DNA of 51,327 nucleotides. It comes from a virus. Lineage: Duplodnaviria > Caudoviricetes. The position numbers and the translations under genes are program-made. The notes under the pieces are model-generated. The model made no database searches. It had not been told where the DNA came from and saw only the letters and a list, made by a program, of their open reading frames with translations. Of this stretch, positions 1 through 9,229 are shown one piece after another. Each line of letters starts with the position of its first letter. Within the stretch, counting starts at the first letter, position 1. Where the stretch lies: positions 1 through 51,327 of IMG/VR virus record IMGVR_UViG_3300010354_000127. The stretch is one strand, 5' to 3'.

Positions 1-11
1 GCTCGCGGACC
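1..11. repeat. Terminal 11-nt direct repeat GCTCGCGGACC (copy at 51317-51327); probable cos site or circular junction
   Basis: First 11 nt equal last 11 nt; lies upstream of the minus-strand packaging operon with a lambda gpA-type terminase. Confidence 0.75.
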
Positions 12-73
12 CGCAGGCATTTTGGAACCGGAGGACCCAAAGGGGTGGGGGTGGTTCCGAAAGCCCGAGGCGC

Positions 74-126
74 GGGAGGCGGCTGGGAGGCGGCCTGGGA
101 GGCGTCTGGGAGGCGTCTGGGAGGGG
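74..126. repeat. Five tandem GGGAGG(C/G)G motifs at 11-12 bp spacing
   Basis: Copies start at 74, 85, 97, 108 and 119. Confidence 0.8.
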
Positions 127-136
127 CGCACGGGGG

Positions 137-691
137 TCAGCGCCCGAAGCCGCGTCCCATGGCCCCCAGGGCGCGCAGGATGCCCTTCTCCAGCGCGTCC
201 TCGATGCGCACCTCGGTGCGTGCCTGGAGCGCAGGTGCCCACTTGCCCCCCGTGTAGATGGCGTGGATGGAGGGACCGTGGATGACGTCGAGGGGCATGC
301 GCGCCTTGGTGCGGCGCTTGAAGGGCTTGCCCTTGGCCATGAAGCCTGACTTCACCACGCTGCGCTCACCGCGGTAGATGCTCATGCTCAGGCCCGTGCG
401 GGTTTCGCGGGGCTTGAACTGCATGGCGGTGATGGGCTTGCGGTTGGTGCGGATGACTGCGGTTTGGCCACCGTCGGAGAACTGAGCAGGGGAGACGTCC
501 TGCTTGATGCGTCCTGCGGTGAGGCTGTAGCGCTGACCGATGGACTTGGCCAGGGTGGTGCGTCCTGCTCTGGCGGCATCACGGACACCGGCCTTGATGG
601 CCTTGGGGATGTCGTGGCTGGAGAGCTTGGAGAGGGTCTGAGCCAGCTCGGAGTCCCCGAGGATCCGTGCCGTGATGTCGATGCGGGCCAT
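137..691 (-). CDS. Phage minor tail protein Z-like / neck protein
   Basis: Basic 184-aa ORF (MARIDITARI...LDVIHGPSIH) resembling the lambda gpZ family; ATG at 691 chosen over the longer ORF-track start. Confidence 0.6.
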   Translation of the reverse strand: MARIDITARILGDSELAQTLSKLSSHDIPKAIKAGVRDAARAGRTTLAKSIGQRYSLTAGRIKQDVSPAQFSDGGQTAVIRTNRKPITAMQFKPRETRTGLSMSIYRGERSVVKSGFMAKGKPFKRRTKARMPLDVIHGPSIHAIYTGGKWAPALQARTEVRIEDALEKGILRALGAMGRGFGR

Positions 692-699
692 GGGTGGGG

Positions 700-936
700 T
701 GTTCCTACTGGTCGGTCTGGTCAGAACGTAGACGGTGCCTGGGATCTGCGGAGGTGTTCCAACCTGTTCCCACCGTCCTACCAAGTTTCATTCGCGGGCC
801 CACGCTCCCAATACTGCCCCTTATCCCCCCTCTTATTATTACTCTTCCCTTTAGGTAGGAAGGTAGGAACAGTAGGAACAACGTAGGCAGGGACTGGGGT
901 TTCGATGTTCCTACCTGGGATCGGGAGGTAGGAACA
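700..936. repeat. Iteron-like repeat cluster (TGTTCCTACC / GGTAGGAACA) around an AT-rich core; putative replication origin
   Basis: Degenerate copies near 700, 755-782 and 853-890; perfect 11-bp inverted pair at 906-916/926-936; AT-rich TCTTATTATTACTCTT at about 831-846; directly downstream of the primase/helicase gene. Confidence 0.6.
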
Positions 937-3157
937 CCCACTTCAGGCCTCCTTCATGGCGGCGCCTCACACGGCCCCATCCGAGGTCGCGCATGATGGT
1001 GCCGACCTGCATCTGATCGGTGCGGGTCTGCTGCCCGATCGGCTTCAGAACGGCCTCGGTCAGCAGCAGCTCGGAGGTGACGACGCGGCCGATGTTGGCG
1101 GGAGCGCGCAGCCAGGCCTCGATCGGTTCGCGCCATGGGTTGGAGACCTGGTAGGCCTCGTTCTCGGCGTTGACCTTGAGGGCCAGCTCGACGGGAAGGA
1201 AGTTCGGCTCACCGGCGCGGTGCGCGTGCACGGCTGCCGACCAGATGGCGTCGCGCTCAGCGGCGAGGGTGGGCGTGTCGATCGGGTTGGCCTCATTGCG
1301 GGTGCAGGGGATCACCCAGAAGCGGCGGTTGCCGGTGTCGTCGACGAGGAAGCCCTCGGAGCGGTTCGTGGAGCCGACGATGATCCCGCGCCTGGGGCAG
1401 GCCTCGACGGCCTTGCCGTAGGGAGCGCGGAAGAGGTCCGACTGGGTGGTGAGGAAGGACTTGATCTGGCCCGCGTGCTTCCGCGAGGTCACGTGATCGA
1501 GCTCGGCCCACTCCATGATCCAGGACCTGTGGAGCTTGAGGAGGTCGTCCTTGCTGGAGAGGTCCCCGAGAGAGTCGGAGAAGAAGGGCCCGCCGAGGCA
1601 TGACCAGAAGGAGCTCTTCCTGGCGCCCTGGTCTCCCGAGAGGATGCAGGTCGTGTCGTGCTTGGTGCCCGGCTCGAAGGCGCGCCGCACGGCGCCGATG
1701 AGGGTGCAGCGCAGCATGTGGTCGTAGAGGGTGGGCTCCCCCAGGGCGGCGTCCTCGGGCCGCAGGTAGGCCGTGGCGAGGCCGCCGATGTAGGCGGGCG
1801 GCACCGTGGCCGCTACGTGCTCCAGGTAGAGCGTCACGGGGTCGTAGGGGTGCTCCCGGGCCACCTGGACGAGGGCATCGATGGCCAGGTCCTTGGAAAC
1901 CTTGAAGCCTTGATCGGCGAGCTTGAGGTAGAAGCGCTCAGCGCCTTCGAGGGCGGCGCCGTCGATCTCCACCTGCTGGTGGAAGGTGTTCCAGCGGATG
2001 CGCTGCCCGTCCTGGGCCTGCTGGCGGAGCATGAAAAGGAGCTCAGCCGCTTCGAGCTTCTGGGGCTTGGCAAGGGTGGGCGCGTAGGCCTGCTGCTGCT
2101 GCTGCGCCGGTGGGTCTGGTGGTGGCGGCCCCGGTGGTGCCTGCTGCTGCTGAGGTGCGCTGCTGGGCGGCGGCAGGACTGGCCTGCTGATGCGGGTGTG
2201 GAACCGCAGCCGATCGTGGAGCTTGTCCTCAGGTGTCGAGGGCCTGGGGTTGCGGCTCTCGGCGCCGTCGAACCGATGCCAGGCCTTGCGCTCGTCGAAG
2301 TCGCGGGCCTTGGGCTTGGCCGCGGCCACGTGCAGGGCGAAGGCCTGGCTGGCGGTGATGTCGGGCTGATAGCCCTGTGAGCGGATCCACTGCTCGGTGC
2401 CGCGCAGGTCGAGGGCCAGCTTCAGCTGATCGTCATTCCAGGCGCCGGGGGTGCCACCGGACTCGACCAGCTCGCGGCTGTCGCGACTGATGAAGTCGAG
2501 GAAGGGGAGCGGCTCACCGGGGCCGATCTGCGGGACTGCCTGCGGAGTGAAGAGCGGCAGCGGCTCGGGCTCGGGTTCGTCGAGCAGGAGCTCGATGATC
2601 GCGTGCGGCGCATCGACCAGGGCCTGCTCGGCGGGGCCGCGGCCCTTGAGCCAGCGGTAGCCGGAGGTCTCCGGGTGAGCGCCGATGACGACGGAGTAGT
2701 GGCGGGCCCAGCGGAAGTCGATCATCTCGGCCTTGCCGTCAGGGCCGAGCACCTTGGTGGGCTTGCCAGAGGTGGGGTCCGGCTCCCCGGTGTGCCAGTA
2801 GCGGCGATTGCGGAGCGCGGGCCAGAACTCTGGCGGGACGCGGTAGAGGATCTGAAAGCGGCCGTCGCGGCCGGAGGTGGTGGCCCAGGACTTGGGGAGG
2901 GAGCGGAGGGGGATGCCGAGCCGCTCCAGCTGGGTGGTGGCGGAGATGCCGTCGTGATCGACGAACAGCAGGCCACCGGAGGCGGGGCCGCCCTGGACGC
3001 CGACGGCATGAGCGCGGCCGGCGGTGATCTCGGCGGCGATCTGCGCCTTGGTGAGTGGGTTGTCCTGCCAGGCTTCTTGGTAGGCGCGCTTGTTGCGGTC
3101 GACGGCCACAAAGGCCCAGTCATCAGGCAGAGCCTGGAGCTGCTCGAGGAGCGACAT
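911..3157 (-). CDS. Bifunctional primase-polymerase fused to a VapE-like helicase/ATPase
   Basis: N-terminal prim-pol motifs (LLFVDHDG, VVIGAHPETSGYRW); C-terminal Walker A GDQGARKSS, WAELD, FRAPYG, GSTN, DDTGNRRFW. Confidence 0.85.
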   Translation of the reverse strand: MSLLEQLQALPDDWAFVAVDRNKRAYQEAWQDNPLTKAQIAAEITAGRAHAVGVQGGPASGGLLFVDHDGISATTQLERLGIPLRSLPKSWATTSGRDGRFQILYRVPPEFWPALRNRRYWHTGEPDPTSGKPTKVLGPDGKAEMIDFRWARHYSVVIGAHPETSGYRWLKGRGPAEQALVDAPHAIIELLLDEPEPEPLPLFTPQAVPQIGPGEPLPFLDFISRDSRELVESGGTPGAWNDDQLKLALDLRGTEQWIRSQGYQPDITASQAFALHVAAAKPKARDFDERKAWHRFDGAESRNPRPSTPEDKLHDRLRFHTRISRPVLPPPSSAPQQQQAPPGPPPPDPPAQQQQQAYAPTLAKPQKLEAAELLFMLRQQAQDGQRIRWNTFHQQVEIDGAALEGAERFYLKLADQGFKVSKDLAIDALVQVAREHPYDPVTLYLEHVAATVPPAYIGGLATAYLRPEDAALGEPTLYDHMLRCTLIGAVRRAFEPGTKHDTTCILSGDQGARKSSFWSCLGGPFFSDSLGDLSSKDDLLKLHRSWIMEWAELDHVTSRKHAGQIKSFLTTQSDLFRAPYGKAVEACPRRGIIVGSTNRSEGFLVDDTGNRRFWVIPCTRNEANPIDTPTLAAERDAIWSAAVHAHRAGEPNFLPVELALKVNAENEAYQVSNPWREPIEAWLRAPANIGRVVTSELLLTEAVLKPIGQQTRTDQMQVGTIMRDLGWGRVRRRHEGGLKWVFLPPDPR

Positions 3158-3160
3158 GGA

Positions 3161-3367
3161 TCAGCCGGCCCCCTTCAGCACCTTGCGGAGACCTTCGAGG
3201 ACGATCCGCGCACCGTTGGTCTCGGCGCGGCTGAGGCCTTGGCGGTCGACCAGGAGCTCTTCGCTCATCATCCGCAACAACTTGCAGATCCGCTCGCGCT
3301 CGGAGAGGACGCCGGCACGCCAGGCGGCGCTGTCGGGGATGGAGAGGACGTCGCGATCGAAGCTCAT
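3161..3367 (-). CDS. Hypothetical protein
   Basis: 68-aa ORF packed tightly between neighbours; GGAGG upstream. Confidence 0.6.
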   Translation of the reverse strand: MSFDRDVLSIPDSAAWRAGVLSERERICKLLRMMSEELLVDRQGLSRAETNGARIVLEGLRKVLKGAG

Positions 3368-3675
3368 GCCTCCACCTCCAGTTCGGGGCTGGAGGGGAAG
3401 GGGAGAGCGGCCACGAAGGCCTCAGGAGTGGTGCCGGCCTCTTCGGCAGCGCGGCTGAGGCGGTTCGAGAGGATGCGGCACTGGCGGAGTGTGGCCTCGC
3501 AGACGTGCCAGGACCAGTTGCGGTAGCGGATCTGATGCTCGGCCCACAGCTCAGGCTTGAGGGCCCAGGCGATGGCCTGTTCGTTGGAGTGGGGGTCGCA
3601 GTGGTTGGCGTCGCGGTAGAGGCGGCGGAGGCGGACCATGGCGGTCTCGGGGGCGATGCTCATGGTGTGAGGCAT
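3364..3675 (-). CDS. Hypothetical protein
   Basis: C-terminal part of ORF 3364..4332 from the ATG at 3675 (MPHTMSIAPE); stop overlaps the next start. Confidence 0.55.
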   Translation of the reverse strand: MPHTMSIAPETAMVRLRRLYRDANHCDPHSNEQAIAWALKPELWAEHQIRYRNWSWHVCEATLRQCRILSNRLSRAAEEAGTTPEAFVAALPFPSSPELEVEA

Positions 3676-3733
3676 GGGGCCCCCGAACGCTACGGGCCGC
3701 GGCGGCTGTGAGCGTGCTGGCTGTGAGGTTTCG

Positions 3734-4126
3734 TTACATAGGCGGCAGCCAGGCGGGGCACAGGATGGCGCGGGCCTCGTCGACGTTGTGCGCCACACCG
3801 GCCAGGCCGCCGGCCTCCTGGACATTGGCGATGAACTGCAGCTGCTCGGGAGAGGGCTTGGCCAGGTCCTTGGACTCGATCGCTGCAAAGACGGCGATGC
3901 GCTGGCCGACCATCTCCGGCGTGATCGTGACGGTCCGCCATCCGATCCAATCGGACGGGCCTCGCAGCACCTTGCCACCGAACGAACCGAGGCCATAGGC
4001 CACCGGCCGGCCATTCCGATCGGGGAGCATCCCGACGTTGTTGCGCAGGAGGCGGCAGGGGCCGCGGCCGAAGGCCAGGGCGATGTCAGCTGACACCTTG
4101 GCCTCATCCGAATGCCGTCTTGCCAT
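3734..4126 (-). CDS. VRR-NUC-like PD-(D/E)xK nuclease
   Basis: LLRNNVG, GPSDWIG, FAAIESK, PSPEQLQFI, AGGLAGVA motifs; follows the SF2 helicase. Confidence 0.8.
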   Translation of the reverse strand: MARRHSDEAKVSADIALAFGRGPCRLLRNNVGMLPDRNGRPVAYGLGSFGGKVLRGPSDWIGWRTVTITPEMVGQRIAVFAAIESKDLAKPSPEQLQFIANVQEAGGLAGVAHNVDEARAILCPAWLPPM

Positions 4127-5507
4127 GGTGCTGTCCTCGCGCGGCGAGCATGTGGGCGACCCATCCTGGCTTGTAGCCACGCTCGCGAGCGATCGCTTCG
4201 AGCTCCTCGCGGGTGCGGGCCTGTGCCACCTCGCGGCGCTCCTGGCGGCGCAGCTCGGCGCCGGTGAGCTCGCGCAGGTCGCCATCGATGACCGTGAGCT
4301 CCCGCTTCAGGGCCTGCTCCAGGTGGCCGCACTCAGGGCAGGGATTGGCCGCGGCCGGGATGAGGCTGTAGCAGCGGGCGCAGGCGCGGACCGGCGGGGC
4401 CTGGCTGGGCTTCTTGGGCTTGCCCTTCGGCCGGCCTTCGAGGCTCCATTCGCGGGGATCGGTGGGCAGGCCGTGGCGGAGGGTGTTGCCCACGTGGTCG
4501 TTGACGATCGCGTGCGGCTTGCCGGGGCAGGGGCGCAGGACGCGGCCGACCTGCTGCAGATGCAGGCCCAGGCTGTCGGTGGGCCTGAGGAGCATGGCGC
4601 CTGTGACCGAGGGGATGTCGGTGCCCTCTGAAATGATGTCGCAGGAGGTGAGCACCTTCAGCTGGCCGGTGCCGAGGTCGGCAATGGTGCGGCGGCGCAG
4701 GCCCCGATCCATGGTGCCGTCGAGGGTGGCGGCGGCGATGCCGGCGTTGCGGAAGGCCTCGGTGACGGCGTGGGCGTGATCGACGCTGACGCAGAAGGCG
4801 ATGGCGGTGCCGTTGTGGGTGTCCTCGATGGTGCGTCGGTAGTGGGTGACGGCATCCCCCATGGCCTGGCCCTGGCGCAGGATCTCCTCGGATTGCTGGT
4901 GGCCCTTGCGGGTGTCGAAGCGGCGGATGCCTGAGAGGTCGATGCCAGGCGGGGCGAAGATGCGGGCCGGCACCAGGAAGTCTTCCTGCGTGAGCCAGGC
5001 AGCGTCGGGGCCCTCGATCAGGATGTCGAACTGATCACCTAGGCCGCGGCCGTCGAGCCGTTCTGGCGTGGCCGTGACGCCGAGGATGTGAGCGCGGGGC
5101 ATGGCGGCCAGCACCTTGGCCCAGGTGCCGGCGACGGCATGGTGTGCCTCGTCGACGATCAGCAGCTGGAAGAAGTCCGGCGGGATGGTGTGCAGGCGCC
5201 GGGCGAGGGTCTGCACGCTGGCCACCTGAACGGTGTGGGAGAGGTCCTGGCGGTAGCCAGCGGCGATCACGCCATGGTTGCAGCCGATGCTGTGAAGGGA
5301 GCGCGAGGACTGATCCACCAGCTCGGCGCGATGCACCAGGATGCAGACCCGGTTGCCGCGGATGGCGGCCTGCTCAGCGATGTAGACGAACGTGTAGGTC
5401 TTGCCGCCACCGGTCGGCAGGACGAACAGCACACGGCGATGGCCGGCCATGTAGGCGCCTCGGATCTCGGCGACGGCGGTGGCCTGAAAGGGACGGAGGG
5501 TGATCAT
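4104..5507 (-). CDS. Superfamily II DEAD/DEAH-box helicase with C-terminal Zn ribbon
   Basis: LPTGGGKT, IVDEAHH, TATP, EGTDIP, QQVGRVLR and CxxC...CxxC motifs. Confidence 0.92.
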   Translation of the reverse strand: MITLRPFQATAVAEIRGAYMAGHRRVLFVLPTGGGKTYTFVYIAEQAAIRGNRVCILVHRAELVDQSSRSLHSIGCNHGVIAAGYRQDLSHTVQVASVQTLARRLHTIPPDFFQLLIVDEAHHAVAGTWAKVLAAMPRAHILGVTATPERLDGRGLGDQFDILIEGPDAAWLTQEDFLVPARIFAPPGIDLSGIRRFDTRKGHQQSEEILRQGQAMGDAVTHYRRTIEDTHNGTAIAFCVSVDHAHAVTEAFRNAGIAAATLDGTMDRGLRRRTIADLGTGQLKVLTSCDIISEGTDIPSVTGAMLLRPTDSLGLHLQQVGRVLRPCPGKPHAIVNDHVGNTLRHGLPTDPREWSLEGRPKGKPKKPSQAPPVRACARCYSLIPAAANPCPECGHLEQALKRELTVIDGDLRELTGAELRRQERREVAQARTREELEAIARERGYKPGWVAHMLAARGQHHGKTAFG

Positions 5508-5599
5508 GCGAATCGGTTGACGTGCAGATGAGAATCCCAGATTGTGCAGCGAAATCAACGGGTTGTAACAGTATGTGACAGGAAGCGGGAGGATGTCGG

Positions 5600-5875
5600 A
5601 TGATCATCAAGGAAGCCGGTAGGGTCTCCAACGACCCCCGCAATGGAGCCATGAGGCACCTGTTCCGAGCCGTCCGAATCGGATGGCTGGCATTTCGAGA
5701 GCTGCGCCAGCAGGAGGCTTCGAGTCGTGATCGTGCGGCCCAGCAGCAGGCCCGGCTGCGCGCCATGACTAACGAGGAGCTTCAGGTCTGGGCGCTCCAG
5801 CCTGGCGCCGCGTTCTGCTACCCAGAGCTGCGCCGCCGCGGCCTGCCGGTACCGGGTGAGGTGACCAGTGCCTGA
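5600..5875 (+). CDS. Hypothetical protein (true start may be the ATG at 5651)
   Basis: First ORF of the rightward operon; overlaps the next gene. Confidence 0.5.
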   Translation: MIIKEAGRVSNDPRNGAMRHLFRAVRIGWLAFRELRQQEASSRDRAAQQQARLRAMTNEELQVWALQPGAAFCYPELRRRGLPVPGEVTSA

Positions 5876-6677
5876 GCTCACCTTCCACGAAGGCCTCACC
5901 AACGAGGACTACCACGCACTGAAGGCCGTCAGCCCGAGCCAGATCAAGACGCTGGCCCGCTCGCCGCTCCACTACTTCGACCAGTTCCTGGCGGACGACC
6001 GCGAGAAGAAGGAGCCGACCGACGCCATGCAGATGGGCACGGCGCTGCACACCGCTGTCCTCGAGCCTGATCTGTGGGACCAGACCGTGGCCGTGCCGAA
6101 GCACACCTTCGATCGCCGCACGAAGGTCGGCAAGGAGATGGCGGCCGAGTTCGAGCGCGAGAGCACTGGAAAGATCGTGCTTGACCCCGACCAGGCCGAT
6201 CAGGTGCTGCGCATGGCCCAGATGGTGCGCAGCCATCCGGCCGCCAGCTTCCTGCTGGAGCTCCCCGGTCGGCGTGAGGCCTCCTACACCTGGACCGACA
6301 GCACCACGGGTCTGGCCTGCAAGGTGCGGCCGGACTGGCACAGCGAAGACCGGCGCATCGTGGTCGACGTGAAGACCACCAAGGACGCCAGCCGGAACGA
6401 GTTCGCGAAGAGCATCGCCAACTTTGACTACCACGTCCAGGCGGCGTGGAACCTCGATGCCCTGGAGGCTGAGAAGTTCCTGATCATCGCCGTGGAGAAC
6501 GTCCGCCCCTTCGCGGTCGCGGTCTATCCGCTGTCGCCGTCGCTGATCGCGGCGGGCCAGAGGCGGATCAGCGCCGCGATGGAGCTGCTGGCCGAGTGCC
6601 ACCGGAGTGGCCGGTGGCCTGGCTACGGCGACCTGGTGCAGGACGACCTCGACCTGCCCGGATGGGTGCGTGACTGA
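5868..6677 (+). CDS. RecE/exonuclease VIII-like PD-(D/E)xK exonuclease
   Basis: YHA..AVSPSQIK, GTALHTAVLEP, CKVRPD, VDVKTT, YHVQAA and WPGY motifs. Confidence 0.88.
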   Translation: MPELTFHEGLTNEDYHALKAVSPSQIKTLARSPLHYFDQFLADDREKKEPTDAMQMGTALHTAVLEPDLWDQTVAVPKHTFDRRTKVGKEMAAEFERESTGKIVLDPDQADQVLRMAQMVRSHPAASFLLELPGRREASYTWTDSTTGLACKVRPDWHSEDRRIVVDVKTTKDASRNEFAKSIANFDYHVQAAWNLDALEAEKFLIIAVENVRPFAVAVYPLSPSLIAAGQRRISAAMELLAECHRSGRWPGYGDLVQDDLDLPGWVRD

Positions 6678-6762
6678 CCCCCAGCTGGCGGTGCTGCTGT
6701 GGGCCATCGCCTTGGGCGTGGCCTACCTCGCAGTCCGCCGGCCCTGAGAGAAAGGAGAACAG

Positions 6763-6927
6763 ATGTCCCTGCCCGACTCGTTGCAGTTCCTGGAGCCGCC
6801 CACCGTGGTCGAGGCGCTGCAGGCCCTGGAGCACCTGGCAGCCACCATTCAGATCCTGGATGAGCTGAGCGAGGCAGATCAGGACGCCATCGACCGCATG
6901 TTCCGATTCATTCAATCCAAGCGATGA
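6763..6927 (+). CDS. Small hypothetical protein (MSLPDSLQFLEPP..., 54 aa)
   Basis: AGGAG ribosome-binding site upstream; stop overlaps the next start (ATGA). Confidence 0.5.
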   Translation: MSLPDSLQFLEPPTVVEALQALEHLAATIQILDELSEADQDAIDRMFRFIQSKR

Positions 6928-7685
6928 CCGATTCAACCGCGATCACAACAGTTGAGCAGCAGCAGCAGCAGCCAGCGCCGCTGGCGTTCCTGCACGACGG
7001 CAAGGCATTCGACCACCTGTGGCGCGTCGCCAAGGCGTTCAGCATGAGCGGGATGGTTCCATCTCACTACCAGGGCAAGCCGGAGGCCTGCATGGTGGCG
7101 CTGATGTACGCCGAGCAGCTGGGAGAGCATCCGATGCTGATGTTCCAGGAGATGGCGCCGATCAAGGGCCGACCGAACACGTCGGCGCGATTCGCCATCG
7201 CCCGTGCGAATAAGTCGGGCCTGTTGAAGGGCCCGATCGGGTGGAGCAGCAAGGGGCAGGGGGAAGCTCTGGAGGTGACCGCGAAGGCGGTGCTGCGCGA
7301 CACCGGGGAGACGGTCAGCACCACGGTGACGATGCGCGAAGCGATCGCCGATGGGTGGACCAAGAACGACAAGTACAGGTCGATTCCTGAGCAGATGCTG
7401 CGCTGGCGGTCCGCTACCCGCCTGATCAATCTCTACATCCCCGAAGTGCTGTTCGGGTTGGGCGTGAGGGAGGAGGTCGAAACCGTAACCGTGAGGGGTG
7501 CGGATGTGTTGCCAGCCAGCAACGATGTCGTCGCGCAACTGAACGATCAGATCCGAGCGAATGCCGAGACTGTAGAAGTGCTGGATGAGCATCAAGTAAC
7601 AATCGAAGCGGCGCCAGAAGCAACAACAACGCCACCTGCCACGCAGCAGGCGGAGATTGTCACCGTAAAAGAAGATCCATTCTGA
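6924..7685 (+). CDS. RecT-like single-strand annealing protein
   Basis: SGMVPSHYQGKPEACMVA and PEQMLRWRS motifs; downstream of the RecE-like gene; acidic C-terminus EDPF. Confidence 0.75.
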   Translation: MTDSTAITTVEQQQQQPAPLAFLHDGKAFDHLWRVAKAFSMSGMVPSHYQGKPEACMVALMYAEQLGEHPMLMFQEMAPIKGRPNTSARFAIARANKSGLLKGPIGWSSKGQGEALEVTAKAVLRDTGETVSTTVTMREAIADGWTKNDKYRSIPEQMLRWRSATRLINLYIPEVLFGLGVREEVETVTVRGADVLPASNDVVAQLNDQIRANAETVEVLDEHQVTIEAAPEATTTPPATQQAEIVTVKEDPF

Positions 7686-7692
7686 GGACTCG

Positions 7693-7905
7693 ATGACAGA
7701 CGACGCCTATCTGACACCCAAGGAGCTCGCCCATCGTTGGCGGCTCAACCACCAGACCTTGGCCAACTGGAGGATGGCCAAGAGCGGCCCGCCGTACATC
7801 AAGATCGGCGGGCGAGTGCTTTATCCCAGGGAAGGAGTCCAGGCCTATGAGAAGCTCAACCGCTCATGGCTTGGTGACAGTCAACCATCGCAACAACAGG
7901 CATGA
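7693..7905 (+). CDS. Helix-turn-helix (excisionase-like) DNA-binding protein
   Basis: YLTPKELAHRW...TLANWR...GPPYIKIGGRVLY. Confidence 0.85.
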   Translation: MTDDAYLTPKELAHRWRLNHQTLANWRMAKSGPPYIKIGGRVLYPREGVQAYEKLNRSWLGDSQPSQQQA

Positions 7906-8468
7906 GTGATCTCACTGCAACATTGCTCCGTGCTTCAGTGCACAACTTCGTCGGTCGCATGGGTGCCGACCCACAGATCAAGTATCTGGACGGCGGGAAT
8001 GTGGTGGCCACCGGGAGGATGGCCATCAACCGCCTGGGCGTGCCGCGCGGGCAGGATGTGCCGCCGGACTGGTTCACGATCGAGGTGAGGGGCGACAAGG
8101 CCCAGGGCTTCGTCGACACCTGTCGGAAGGGCAGCCAGGTGCAGGTGATCGGCCGGGTGAAGTCGAACCGTTGGACCGATCGGAACAACGTGGAGCGGGT
8201 GGATCTGATCGTGGTGGCGGAGGTAGCGCAGCTGCTGGCGCCGCCGCGTGATCAGCAGCAGGCGCCGCCGGTGCAGCAGCAGGGCTACGCCCCGCAGCCG
8301 GCCGCGGCCCCACCTCAGGGCTATGCGCAACAGCCGGCACCGCAGGCCTATGCCCAGCCGGCACCGCAGGGCTATGCGCAGCCCCCAGTGCAGCAGGGGC
8401 AGCAGTGGAGCCAGCCGCCGACGCCAGCTCCCCAGGGCCCGCCGAGCGACGACGACGTGCCGTTCTGA
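7902..8468 (+). CDS. ssb: Single-stranded DNA-binding protein
   Basis: VGRMGADP, KGSQVQVIGR, WTDRN; Q/P-rich linker; C-terminal DDDVPF. Confidence 0.9.
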   Translation: MSDLTATLLRASVHNFVGRMGADPQIKYLDGGNVVATGRMAINRLGVPRGQDVPPDWFTIEVRGDKAQGFVDTCRKGSQVQVIGRVKSNRWTDRNNVERVDLIVVAEVAQLLAPPRDQQQAPPVQQQGYAPQPAAAPPQGYAQQPAPQAYAQPAPQGYAQPPVQQGQQWSQPPTPAPQGPPSDDDVPF

Positions 8469-8506
8469 GCAGCAGCAGGCCCCGGGCGACCGGGGCCCAT
8501 CCCCCC

Positions 8507-8980
8507 ATGATCGAACCCGATTTCCTCGCCAGGCTGCGCCAGCAGCACTACGCCCCCCAGCTGCTGCTGCTGGTCCAGCTGGAGCAGGTCACGCCGGGCT
8601 ACTGGCTGACGCAGGCGGAGCTGGCGGAGCAGCTGGGCATCGGCCCAGAGACGCTGCGGAAGAGCATGGCCTGGCTGCGCGACCGCGACCTGCTGCGGTT
8701 CACGTGCACGATGCGTGGCACGTGGGTGTGGTGGGTCGCCAGGCGGCAGGGCGAGCAGCCAGACGAGAGCCAGGAGCCGTGCTGGGTGTTCCGCAACCTC
8801 CACAACCGATACCGGCCGAGAGTGCCGATGTCCGGTGTCGAGAAGTGGCGGCAGCAGCAGGGGATTCACAAGGAGACGATGAAGCACTGGCTGATGGGAA
8901 CGACGCTGGTGCTGAATGGCACATGGGTGGTGGCGTCTACGCCGATGGACCCGTTCATGCCGGTTTGTGAAGATAAGTAA
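8507..8980 (+). CDS. HTH-domain DNA-binding protein
   Basis: TQAELAEQLGIGPETLRKSMAWL helix-turn-helix. Confidence 0.65.
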   Translation: MIEPDFLARLRQQHYAPQLLLLVQLEQVTPGYWLTQAELAEQLGIGPETLRKSMAWLRDRDLLRFTCTMRGTWVWWVARRQGEQPDESQEPCWVFRNLHNRYRPRVPMSGVEKWRQQQGIHKETMKHWLMGTTLVLNGTWVVASTPMDPFMPVCEDK

Positions 8981-9055
8981 CAGCCGCGTGGCGGCCAGCC
9001 TGGCAGCGCGGATAATGACCCCACGGGCGGAGACGCCCACCACCCCCTGATCACC

Positions 9056-9229
9056 ATGTTGTTCAAGGTCAACTACCGCGATCGCAGCCCCTCCGGGGAC
9101 GTGATCGGCCGCGGCCTCTTCATCGAGGCGGACTGCTTGGAGGATGCCGAAGCCCGCGCGTGCCTCCTGGCTCGCGGTGACGAGGACATCGAGTCCGTGC
9201 GCCGCTTCGCTCGCGGGGAGGCAGCCTGA
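9056..9229 (+). CDS. Small hypothetical protein (MLFKVNYRDR...)
   Basis: 57-aa ORF with a TGATG overlap to the next gene. Confidence 0.55.
   Translation: MLFKVNYRDRSPSGDVIGRGLFIEADCLEDAEARACLLARGDEDIESVRRFARGEAA

Noticed and set aside
8250-8440. Repetitive CAG-rich DNA in ssb
   Set aside because: It encodes the ordinary Gln/Pro-rich disordered SSB linker.
8478-8497. Hairpin GGCCCCGG-gcga-CCGGGGCC, similar to the unit 3 end hairpin
   Set aside because: No phased pentamer tract precedes it and no U-tract follows; not counted as a sixth unit or a confident terminator.
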